Below, piece by piece: positions 28,049-38,197 of a stretch of 42,619 nucleotides of DNA (the stretch's first letter is position 1; every line of letters begins with the position of its first letter). The DNA is from an uncultured Limibaculum sp. (GTDB lineage: Bacteria > Pseudomonadota > Alphaproteobacteria > Rhodobacterales > Rhodobacteraceae), in NCBI GenBank assembly GCA_964632555.1, contig CAZWDE010000002.1, positions 1 through 42,619 of the forward strand, read 5' to 3'. Made by a program: the position numbers and the translations under genes. Under the pieces are notes generated by a model that saw only the letters and a program-made list of their open reading frames with translations, ran no database searches and was not told where the DNA came from.

Positions 28049-30670
28049 ATGACTTGGGAGTGGATGAACCGCGGTCGGCCGGAGCGCAGGCGCGGGGGCG
28101 CCTTCGCGAGCGACGAGCGCGGCGCGATGACGATCTACATGCTGCTGATGGCGGTGCTGCTGATCGGGCTGCTCGGCCTCGTGGTCGACAGCTCGCGCAG
28201 CTTCGTCGCGCATTCCAACATGCAGAACTATGTCGACGACATGGTGCTCGCCGCGGCCAACGAGCTCGACGGCCAGCCGGACGCGATCGAGCGCGCGAAG
28301 GCGGTGATCACCTCGTCGTTGCTGGCCAAGGGCACCAGCGTGACCATGGCCGAGGCGGAGACCTTCGCGCTCGACTCGGTCTTCTTCCTGACGGGCGCGC
28401 CGCGCAGCCCGACGAGCTCGCTCAGCGTCGACGACTTCGGCGATCTCGTGACCACCGACCCGACGCTCGCGACGCATGTTCTCATGACCACGGCGCCGCA
28501 GTCGGTGCCGTGGGGCGCGCTCGGGGTGATCAACCTGCTCCAGCCGCCCTCGACCGATCTCGACGCGTTCACGGTCCAGACCTGGGCGGCGGCGACGCTG
28601 GTGCAGGACCAGGCCTGCACCACGCCGCTGCTGACCGCCTGCCTGCCCGCGGGCACCGACCCGACGACCTTCCGGCCGGGCTCGCAGATCCAGCTCACCA
28701 AGAACCGCGACGGCGACTGGCAGGCCGGCGAGTACGGCATCGTCAGCAACATCCCGGACGACGACCAGGGCACCTGCAGCGCCTACACGGGCGTGGCCCA
28801 GCTCGAATGCCTGCTGGCGATCGACACGCACATGACCGAGTGCGGGCCGAGCACGGTCGATTTCGAGGGCGACAGCACGATCGCGACCGCCGTCGCCGCG
28901 CCGGACGGCAACATCATCACCGTGCGCACCGACAGCGTGAACGTGCACGCGGCGCTCAACACCCGGTTCGGCATGTTCGACCCGGGCTCGGCGGGCTACG
29001 AGACCTCGGAGGCCGTGTCGATCGACACCAACCACATCTCGGGCAAGCCCTATGACTGCTCGGGCGACGTGCAGGACATCTCGTCGGAGACGCAGGCGCT
29101 GCCGCGCGACGAGTGCTTCGCCGAGGGCAGCTGCGGCTTCATCTCGGATCCGGTGACCGCGGCCGAGCTCGAGACCTACTGGGAGCGCGCGCACGGCACG
29201 GACCTGCCGGAGACCGACTGGCAGGGCAACCCGATCGAGACCCGCTACGACGCCTATCTCCACGAGATCGCCATGGGCCTCGTCGATCCCGAGGGCGAAA
29301 CCGCGCTCGGGCCGCGCGCCCAGTGCCACGCCACCAACGGGGCGACCGCGACCAAGGCCAACCGGCGCGTCTTCGAGATCGCCTTCGTGGACTGCACCGG
29401 CATGACCGCGGTCTCCCAGACCGACGCCGATGTCGAGGCGTTCGCCGAGGTCTTCCTCTCCGAACCCGCCGAGAGCACCGAGTATTTCGTGGCGGATTTC
29501 GACCACGTGATCGACGTCACGCCCGATGACGGCGTGCACAACCCGCTCGCCATGTCGGGCGGCGACGCGGTGACCGCCAAGATGGGCTACGATCCCTATG
29601 CCGCGCAGGGCATGCGGATCCACGCCCTCGCCGACCCGAACGGGCGCAACACGCCGGATCTCGACTACACGCCCTGCGCGGTCGGCGATTTCTGCGCCGT
29701 GTTCAACAACTCGAACGGGTTCCGGCTCGACCACAAGAGCGTGGACGACGACGCGGTCGACTTCCTCGACGATCTCGGCCTCGACGACTTCGAGCTGCTG
29801 GCGGTCGACGAGTCGAACGGGACCAACGCGGTGTTCGACGCGGGCGGCATCGGCGAGACCTCGGGCACCTGGACCTCCGACACGCCGGTTCAGCTCGTCG
29901 TCTTCAAGGCGGCCACGGGCTTCGCGGTCTCGGTCTACGAGGAGCCGCGCACCTCGGGCGAGTGGACCATGGAGGCGCTCGGGCTCGTCAACAACGGCGG
30001 CAACCCGCCCGATCTCAGCAACCTCCGCGCCTACAGCTTCTCGGGCAGCGTGCCCGACTCGATCATCTCGAGCGGCCGGCACAAGGGCTACAACTGGCCG
30101 ATGCTTTTCGACACCCAGGAGGGCTGGGCCGAGGACCCCGATCTCCAGTCGGTCGAGAAGGGCAATGTCGTGATCATCCCCGAGCACGCCAATCCCTCGG
30201 CGCCGGACGACCACGCCAACGGCGGCATGATCATCTTCCAGTTCGACGAGCCGACGCAGGTGGGATCGGTGGTGTTCTTCGACGGCGAGGAGCGCCACAA
30301 CAAGATCAAGCTCTACAACGAGGCGATCATCCTCGAGGGCGTGGGCTCGATGACCGACCCCGACCAGCTCGACGACCTCTACGAGCCCGATCTCGTGCTC
30401 GACGTGCCGGTGATCGGCGACCATGCGCACCGCACCTTCGACATCGACTCGCACGCCGCCTATCTCGCGGCCCAGGCCGACGGGCGGATCGAGCGGGACG
30501 GCATCCGGACGCTGATCTATCACCTCAAGGGGTCGGGCGCGATCGACGAGATCAGCTTCACCAACTCGACGGCGACGCAGAACCGTCATGACGACGTCAC
30601 CGTGGAGCTGCTCGAGGTGATCGACGAGACCGATCCCCGGATCAGCGCCTATCCGGTGATCACGAACTGA
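28049..30670 (+). CDS. tadG: large TadG-like pilus-tip protein / adhesin with inserted domains
   Basis: FASDERG/AMTIY, hydrophobic helix, VVDSSR...MQNYVDDMVLAAANEL (TadG N-terminus), ALNTRFGMF, RRVFEIAFVDC, FLSEP. About 873 aa; start could also be 28043 or 28064. Confidence 0.85.
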   Translation: MTWEWMNRGRPERRRGGAFASDERGAMTIYMLLMAVLLIGLLGLVVDSSRSFVAHSNMQNYVDDMVLAAANELDGQPDAIERAKAVITSSLLAKGTSVTMAEAETFALDSVFFLTGAPRSPTSSLSVDDFGDLVTTDPTLATHVLMTTAPQSVPWGALGVINLLQPPSTDLDAFTVQTWAAATLVQDQACTTPLLTACLPAGTDPTTFRPGSQIQLTKNRDGDWQAGEYGIVSNIPDDDQGTCSAYTGVAQLECLLAIDTHMTECGPSTVDFEGDSTIATAVAAPDGNIITVRTDSVNVHAALNTRFGMFDPGSAGYETSEAVSIDTNHISGKPYDCSGDVQDISSETQALPRDECFAEGSCGFISDPVTAAELETYWERAHGTDLPETDWQGNPIETRYDAYLHEIAMGLVDPEGETALGPRAQCHATNGATATKANRRVFEIAFVDCTGMTAVSQTDADVEAFAEVFLSEPAESTEYFVADFDHVIDVTPDDGVHNPLAMSGGDAVTAKMGYDPYAAQGMRIHALADPNGRNTPDLDYTPCAVGDFCAVFNNSNGFRLDHKSVDDDAVDFLDDLGLDDFELLAVDESNGTNAVFDAGGIGETSGTWTSDTPVQLVVFKAATGFAVSVYEEPRTSGEWTMEALGLVNNGGNPPDLSNLRAYSFSGSVPDSIISSGRHKGYNWPMLFDTQEGWAEDPDLQSVEKGNVVIIPEHANPSAPDDHANGGMIIFQFDEPTQVGSVVFFDGEERHNKIKLYNEAIILEGVGSMTDPDQLDDLYEPDLVLDVPVIGDHAHRTFDIDSHAAYLAAQADGRIERDGIRTLIYHLKGSGAIDEISFTNSTATQNRHDDVTVELLEVIDETDPRISAYPVITN

Positions 30671-30730
30671 GGCGGCCGGCCGCCGCTCCGGCGCGCCGCC
30701 CTCGCGGTGGCGCGCCGGCCAGGCCCGCGC

Positions 30731-30756
30731 CGATCGGTTGGATCGGCGATATCAAT
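30731..30756 (+). promoter_or_regulatory. OxyR-like LysR operator upstream of the flavin disulfide reductase
   Basis: CGAT-N7-ATCG-N7-CAAT matches three of the four tetramers of ATAG-N7-CTAT-N7-ATAG-N7-CTAT with one mismatch each. Confidence 0.4.
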
Positions 30757-30825
30757 GCTCCCTTCCTCTGCGGAATTGGCTAGTCTCCCGGCCCGGCGAC
30801 ATCGGGAAAGGGAGGGGCAGTCCCC

Positions 30826-32262
30826 ATGGATCCGCTCAAGGTCGAGATCGCGATCATCGGCGCGGGGAGCGCCGGCATGCGCGCCTACCGGGAGGCCGCG
30901 CAGGTCACCGACAGCATCCTTCTGATCGAGGGCGGGCCCTATGGCACGACCTGCGCTCGGGTGGGCTGCATGCCCTCGAAGCTCCTGATCGCCGCCGCCG
31001 AGGCGGCGCATCACGGGCGGCACGCCGAGCTGTTCGGCGTGCGCTACGCGGCCCCCGAGATCGACGGGCGCGCCGTGATGGCCCGGGTGCGCGCCGAGCG
31101 CGACCGGTTCGTCGGCTTCGTCGTCGAGGCGGTCGAGGAATGGCCGGAGCGCCACCGGGCGAAGGCGATGGCGCGGTTCGTCTCCGATCACGAGCTCGCG
31201 CTCTCGGACGGGCGCCGGGTGATGGCCGAGCGCGTGGTGATCGCCACCGGCTCGCGGCCCAACCTGCCCCCGCCCTTCGCCGAGTTCGGCGACCGGCTGA
31301 TCGTCAACGACGACGTCTTCGAGTGGGAGGACCTGCCGGGCTCGGTCGCGGTCTTCGGCGCGGGGGTGATCGGGCTCGAGCTCGGCCAGGCGCTGGCGCG
31401 GCTCGGCGTGCGCGTCACGCTTTTCGGGCGCGACCATCTCGTCGGCCCGCTGACGGATCCCGAGGTGCTCGCGGCCGCGCTCGCGATCTTCCGCGACGAG
31501 ATCGACTTCCACCCGCATGGCGAGGTGACCCGGCGCGCGCGGACCGAGGACGGGATCGAGATCGATCACGTGGTCGACGGCCGGACCCGCACCGAGCGGT
31601 TCGACTACGCCCTCGTCGCCACCGGCCGTCGGCCGAATGTCGACGATCTGGGGCTCGAGACGACATCGGTGCCGTGCGACGAGCGCGGCATCCCGGTCTA
31701 CGACCTCCACACCGGGCGCTGCGGCGACACCCATGTCTTCATCGCCGGCGACGCCAACAACCGCCTGCCGCTGCTGCACGAGGCGGCGGACGAGGGCATG
31801 GCGGCCGGCTACAACGCGGCGAACTGGCCCGAGATCCGCCGCTTCGCCAAGAGCGCGCCGATCACGGTGATGTTCTGCGACCCCCAGATCATGATGGTGG
31901 GCGCCAGCCACCGCGAGCTGACCGGGCGCGGCGCCGATTTCGCGATCGGCGAGGTCGACTGGTCGGACCAGGGCCGCGCCCGCGTGATGGGGGTCAACCG
32001 CGGGCTGCTGCGGGTCTATGGCGAGCGCAACACGGGCCTTTTCCTCGGGGCGGAGATGGTGGGCCCGCGGGCCGAGCACATCGCGCATCTCCTCGCCTGG
32101 TCGGTCCAGTCGCGGCTCACGGTCACCGAGATGCTGGCGCGGCCGTTCTACCACCCGGTGATCGAGGAGGGCGTGCGCACGGCGCTCCGCACCCTCAACC
32201 GCGCGCTCGAGATGGGGCCCGATTTCCCGCCGCGCTGCCTCGACTGCGGCCCCGGCGCCTGA
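30826..32262 (+). CDS. dihydrolipoyl dehydrogenase-like pyridine nucleotide-disulfide oxidoreductase
   Basis: IIGAGSAG, GTTCARVGCMPSK (redox disulfide), FGAGVIGLE, IAGDAN, YHPVIEEG, C-terminal CLDC. Confidence 0.92.
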   Translation: MDPLKVEIAIIGAGSAGMRAYREAAQVTDSILLIEGGPYGTTCARVGCMPSKLLIAAAEAAHHGRHAELFGVRYAAPEIDGRAVMARVRAERDRFVGFVVEAVEEWPERHRAKAMARFVSDHELALSDGRRVMAERVVIATGSRPNLPPPFAEFGDRLIVNDDVFEWEDLPGSVAVFGAGVIGLELGQALARLGVRVTLFGRDHLVGPLTDPEVLAAALAIFRDEIDFHPHGEVTRRARTEDGIEIDHVVDGRTRTERFDYALVATGRRPNVDDLGLETTSVPCDERGIPVYDLHTGRCGDTHVFIAGDANNRLPLLHEAADEGMAAGYNAANWPEIRRFAKSAPITVMFCDPQIMMVGASHRELTGRGADFAIGEVDWSDQGRARVMGVNRGLLRVYGERNTGLFLGAEMVGPRAEHIAHLLAWSVQSRLTVTEMLARPFYHPVIEEGVRTALRTLNRALEMGPDFPPRCLDCGPGA

Positions 32263-32279
32263 TCCGGGCGCGGCCGGCG

Positions 32280-34232
32280 TCAGTCGGGGCGGGAGGCGTC
32301 GCGGAAGGCCCGGATGCGGTCGCGGATCGCGCCGAGGCCCGCCGCGATCGCCTCGAGCTCGGCCAGCGCCTCGACCGGGTCGGCGCCGTCCTCCTCGGGC
32401 TCGAAGCCGACGCGGGCGGCGGCGGCGTCCGCCTCGATCGTCTCGACGGCGGCCTGCCGCAGCGCGAGCGCCGCCGACTCCACCACGCGCTCGACGACCA
32501 CGTGATAGGGGGCCGCGATGTGGCGCTGCGCCTCGGCCGCGCTGGCCTCGGAGCCCGCCGTCGCGAGCGTGGCCACGTCCGGCTCGTTGTCGCCCGCCGC
32601 CTCGATCTGGCGCAGCGCGGCCGTGAGGTCGGGCGGGGCGGCGCGGCCGAGCGGCGGGAGCTCGCCGCTCTCCCGGAGCGCGGTGCGCCGCACCGCCGCG
32701 ATGCGCCGGCGCGGGGCGTCGAGCGCCCCGATGAGCGATCCGTAATGGCTCTCGATCCGCTGCGAGAGGGCGGCCTTGAGCGCGGCCGCGAGCGGCGCGG
32801 CGGTCACGGACAGCGCCTCCGCCCCCGCCTCGGCGCTCGCCCGGCGGTTCTCGACGACGGCGGCGGCCTGCGCCTTGAGGATGGCCATCGCATCGGTGCG
32901 GATCCGGCCCCAGAGCCCCGACAGCTCGGCGTCGAGCACCGCGGTCGCGGCCTCAACGGCCTCCTCGAGCGCCGTGGAATGCGCCTCGATGCGGTCCTCG
33001 CTGAGATGCGGCCCCTCGGCCCGGGCGCGGTGGGCGGCGGCCTCGCCGGCGATCCGCGCGAGCTCGCCCTCGGCCAGCGCCTGCAGGGCGCCCGCCGCAT
33101 CGTCGTGCACGGCCATCGCGGGGCCCCAGAACAGCGCCTCGTCGATCGCCTCGGCGAGGCCCGCGAGGTTCGACGCCTCGAGCGTCGCGATCGGGTCCGA
33201 CGCGCCCCCGGCGCCGGCGAGCGCGGCCAGCGCCCGCTCGGCGTCGTCGGAGCAGCCGAGCACCACCGGCACCCGCCCGCCCGGCGCGATCTCCGCGACA
33301 TGCCGCGCCACGGCCTGGGCGAGCACCGCCCGGTCGACGCCGGTCGCCGGCTCGCGCCCCCGGTCGAGGAAGACGACGGCCCGGCCGCCGGCGAGCCCGA
33401 GCGCCCAGCCCAGCATCTCGCGGTCATCGCGGGCGAGCGGGCGGTCGGCCGTGATCGAGACGAGCGCGAGATCGGCGGTCGCCACCGCCGCCGCGGTCCG
33501 CTCCTCGCGGATCCGGAAGCCCGGGTCGATGCCGGGCGTCGCCACGAGGCCCGCGGGCAGCGCGAAGGGCCCGCGCGGCAGGAAGATCTCGGCGTCGCGC
33601 GTGATGTCGGCGTAGCGGGCGCGCTCGGGCGCGTGATCGGTGCCGTCGATCGGCGTGCCGATGCCGATATAGCGCGCGGCGGTTGCGGGCGTCAGATCGT
33701 CGATCCGGTGGCCGCGCCCGGTCAGGCGATGGAAATGGTCGCCGAGGCGCATGAAGCCGCGCGTGCGCATCTCCTCGATCTCGCGCTCCAGTCGGGCGCG
33801 CAGTTCCTCGCGGGCGGCGTCGTCGAGATCCGGCCGGGCGCGGCCCGCATCGGCGAGGATCGCGTCCCAGTCGCCCCGGTCGTAGAACTCGAAGCGCCCG
33901 CCGGCTTCGGGGCCTCCGGGGCGCCCGCAGACGAGGCGGATCGTGGTCGCGGATTTCGCGGGGGGCTCCTCGGGCAGCAGCCCCGGCCGGCCGGCGAGCG
34001 CGTTGAGCAGGCGCGGTGCGCCGGTGCCGGCGCGCCAGACCAGCGCGATCTGGAACAGCCGCCGTCCGAGCAGCGCCATGGTCTCGGCGACCGAGGGGCG
34101 CGCGCGCTCGGGCAGGGCGGCGGCGAGATCCTCGGCCAGCCGTCCGAGCGCGAAGCGGTGTTCCGCCGCCCCGGCGCCGATCTCCACGCCCGGGTCGGAA
34201 GCCGACGCGGCACCGAGGGCGAAATACTCCAT
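32280..34232 (-). CDS. dynamin-like protein with degenerate GTPase motifs
   Basis: LLNALAGRPGLLP, RFEFYDRGDWD, YADITRDAEIFL, LVATPGID, VVFLDR, and a long helical C-terminus. Start at 34232 (or 34241) behind AGAGGAG. Confidence 0.65.
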   Translation of the reverse strand: MEYFALGAASASDPGVEIGAGAAEHRFALGRLAEDLAAALPERARPSVAETMALLGRRLFQIALVWRAGTGAPRLLNALAGRPGLLPEEPPAKSATTIRLVCGRPGGPEAGGRFEFYDRGDWDAILADAGRARPDLDDAAREELRARLEREIEEMRTRGFMRLGDHFHRLTGRGHRIDDLTPATAARYIGIGTPIDGTDHAPERARYADITRDAEIFLPRGPFALPAGLVATPGIDPGFRIREERTAAAVATADLALVSITADRPLARDDREMLGWALGLAGGRAVVFLDRGREPATGVDRAVLAQAVARHVAEIAPGGRVPVVLGCSDDAERALAALAGAGGASDPIATLEASNLAGLAEAIDEALFWGPAMAVHDDAAGALQALAEGELARIAGEAAAHRARAEGPHLSEDRIEAHSTALEEAVEAATAVLDAELSGLWGRIRTDAMAILKAQAAAVVENRRASAEAGAEALSVTAAPLAAALKAALSQRIESHYGSLIGALDAPRRRIAAVRRTALRESGELPPLGRAAPPDLTAALRQIEAAGDNEPDVATLATAGSEASAAEAQRHIAAPYHVVVERVVESAALALRQAAVETIEADAAAARVGFEPEEDGADPVEALAELEAIAAGLGAIRDRIRAFRDASRPD

Positions 34233-34505
34233 CTCACACATACTCCTCTTCCCAGCGGATCGGCGCCAAACCCCTGACGCCGGCCGTGTTCCACCGATCC
34301 GAGAGCCCCCACGAAAGACTCTCCTACCAGTTGAGCGGCAGGGCTGTGAAGCCGTTTTTTTGGGCGCCGCGGTGGATCGTGGCGAAATTGCGGCCGGCGG
34401 CGGGCAAGCGTGGGGCGACGCGGCCGTTTCGGGCTCCGAGGGGGCCTTGCGCGGCCGTGCGCGGCGGATAGGGTGGCGCCAGCGAGGGGCGAGCGGGAGA
34501 GCGCG

Positions 34506-35917
<1,412 letters not shown>

Positions 35918-35921
<4 letters not shown>

Positions 35922-36766
35922 CGCCGGACCCGCGCATCACGCCCGCCCGGCCCGATCTGGCGGCCGCCTCCCTCGAGGGCGCGGTCGAGGCGGCCCGGTT
36001 CGTCGAGCCGCGCGACCTCGCGGTGACGGTGCCGGTGGCGCCGGTGACCGCCGAGCCCGACGGCGGGGGGCGGATGACGAGCCAGCTGCTCTTCGGCGAG
36101 CGCTTCCTCGTCTACGAGCGCGACGGGCTTTGGGCGTGGGGGCAGTCGGCGCTCGACGGCTATGTCGGCTACGTCCCCTCGGCCTGTCTCGACGATCCGG
36201 CGGGGCTCGGGATGGCCGGGCTGACGCATCAGGTCGCAACCCTCGGCACCCATCTCTACCCCGAGCCCGAGGTGAAGGCCCGCCCCGGCCTCGCCCTGCC
36301 CTATGGCGCCCGCGTCGCGGTGACGGGTCGGGCCGAGGCCTTCGTCTCGGTCGCGCCGGGCGGGTTCGTGCCCGCCGCGCATCTCGCGCCGATCGGCGGG
36401 GCGGCGGACTGGGTGGCCGAGGCCGAGCGGCTGCTCGGCGTTCCCTATCTCTGGGGCGGGCGGTCGTCCTGCGGGATCGACTGCTCGGGCCTCGTCCAGA
36501 TCGCCCTGCAGGCCGCGGGACGCGACTGCCCACGCGACAGCGACCAGCAGGAGGCGTGCCTCGGGCGCCCGCTCGCCAAGGGCGAGCGCCCGGCGCGCGG
36601 CGACCTCGTCTTCTGGGCCGGCCATGTCGGCATCATGCTGACGGCGACCCGGTTCCTGCACGCCAACGCGCACCACATGGCGGTCGCGGCCGAGCCGCTG
36701 GCGGCGGCGCGCCGGCGCATCGCCCAGTCGGGCGGCGGGGCGGTGACGTCGATCCGCCGGCCGTGA
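35918..36766 (+). CDS. NlpC/P60 (C40) cell-wall peptidase with SH3-like N-terminus
   Basis: DPRITPARPDLA, SQLLFGE, DGYVGYV, LGVPYLWGGRSSCGIDCSGLVQ, FWAGHVG, HANAHHM; ATGA-coupled. Confidence 0.93.
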
Positions 36767-36819
36767 TCGCGCGCCGCTTGCCGCGCCCCGGCCGGGCCGC
36801 CTAGGGTGCGGCGCGACGG

Positions 36820-38118
36820 ATGGGGATGGAGCCGATGACGCCGAGAGCCGCGCTCCGGGGAACGCTGATCGCGCTCGCGCTGGTCGCCGCGGGCTGCGCG
36901 CCCGGCGTCGCGGTTCCGGGCGCGACGGAGACCGCCCCGATGCCGCCCGAGAGACCCGCCGCCGCCGATCCCGCGCCCGCGACCGCGCCCCTGTCCTTCG
37001 AGGCGTGGCGGGCCGCCTTCCGCGCCCGCGCGCTCGCCGCCGGGATCCCCGCCGGCGTGTTCGACCGCGCCTTTTCGGGCGTGCGGCCGAACCCCACCGT
37101 GATCGAGCGCGACCGCTTCCAGCCGGAATTCGTCCGCCCGATCTGGGAGTATCTCGACAGCGCCGTCTCGGCGGCCCGGATCGCCGACGGCCGCCGGGCC
37201 CTCGCCGCCCGGGGGCCGCTGCTCGCCCGCATCGAGGAACGCTTCGCGGTCGACCGCGCCGTCGTCGTCGCCATCTGGGGGCTCGAGAGCGCCTATGGCG
37301 CGGTGCGCGGCGACATCCCCGTGGTCGAGGCGCTGGCGACGCTCGCGCATGACGGCCGCCGGCAAAGCTTCGGCGAGGAGCAGCTGATCGCGGCGCTCCG
37401 GATCCTCGCGGCCGGCGACGTCGCCCCCGGGGAGATGCGCGGCTCCTGGGCGGGCGCGATGGGGCACACGCAGTTCATCCCGACGAGCTACCTCTCTTAC
37501 GCGGTGGACGTCACGGGCGACGGGCGGCGCGACATCTGGGGCGAGGACCCGTCGGACGCGCTCGCCTCCGCGGCCAACTACCTCGCCCGCTTCGGCTGGC
37601 AGCCCGGCGCGCCGGCCGTGCGCCGCGTGACGCTGCCGGCGGGGTTCGACTACGCGCTGGCCGACGGCGCCTCGCGGCGCCCCGTCGCCGCCTGGCGGGC
37701 CGCGGGGATCGCCCCCGCCGCGGGCGGGCCGCTGCCCGAGGGCGAGGCCGCGCTCCTGCTGCCGGCCGGCGCGGCCGGCCCGGCCTGGCTCGCCTATCCC
37801 AACTTCTTCGTGATCAAGCGGTACAACAACGCCACCTCCTATGCGCTCGCCGTCGCGCTTCTCGCCGGAGAGATCGACGGCCGGCCCGGCGTCTCGCAGG
37901 GGCTCGGCTGGCCGCGCGGCGACCGCCCGCTGTCGCGCGACGAGCAGATCGAGCTGCAGGAGCGGCTGACGGCGGCGGGCTACGACACCGGCGGCATCGA
38001 CGGCATCCTCGGGCCCAACACGCGCGCCGCCGTCCGCGCCTACCAGGCCGCCGAGGGGCTCTCCCCGGACGGCTACGTCAACGCGGCCCTCCTCGAGCGT
38101 CTTCGCGCGCGGCCCTGA
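36820..38118 (+). CDS. mltB: lytic murein transglycosylase B with C-terminal peptidoglycan-binding domain (lipoprotein)
   Basis: Lipobox VAAGC; QPEF, AIWGLESAYG, GSWAGAMGHTQFIP, YNNATSYALAV, DGILGPNTRAA. True start may be 36835. Confidence 0.94.
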   Translation: MGMEPMTPRAALRGTLIALALVAAGCAPGVAVPGATETAPMPPERPAAADPAPATAPLSFEAWRAAFRARALAAGIPAGVFDRAFSGVRPNPTVIERDRFQPEFVRPIWEYLDSAVSAARIADGRRALAARGPLLARIEERFAVDRAVVVAIWGLESAYGAVRGDIPVVEALATLAHDGRRQSFGEEQLIAALRILAAGDVAPGEMRGSWAGAMGHTQFIPTSYLSYAVDVTGDGRRDIWGEDPSDALASAANYLARFGWQPGAPAVRRVTLPAGFDYALADGASRRPVAAWRAAGIAPAAGGPLPEGEAALLLPAGAAGPAWLAYPNFFVIKRYNNATSYALAVALLAGEIDGRPGVSQGLGWPRGDRPLSRDEQIELQERLTAAGYDTGGIDGILGPNTRAAVRAYQAAEGLSPDGYVNAALLERLRARP

Positions 38119-38197
38119 GGCGGGGGCGGGCGGCGATGTCGCCCCTCGCGCCCCCGCCCGGCCGTGATAGTCTGCCCCCGCATCCGGAGGAGGGCCC

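Noticed and set aside
18950-33273. Genomic island integrated at tRNA-Thr, with a 13-bp match to the tRNA 3' end (CACCACCGGCACC) at 33261-33273
   Set aside because: There is no integrase or other mobility gene and no visible compositional shift. The match is short, GC-rich and inside a CDS, so it is probably chance.
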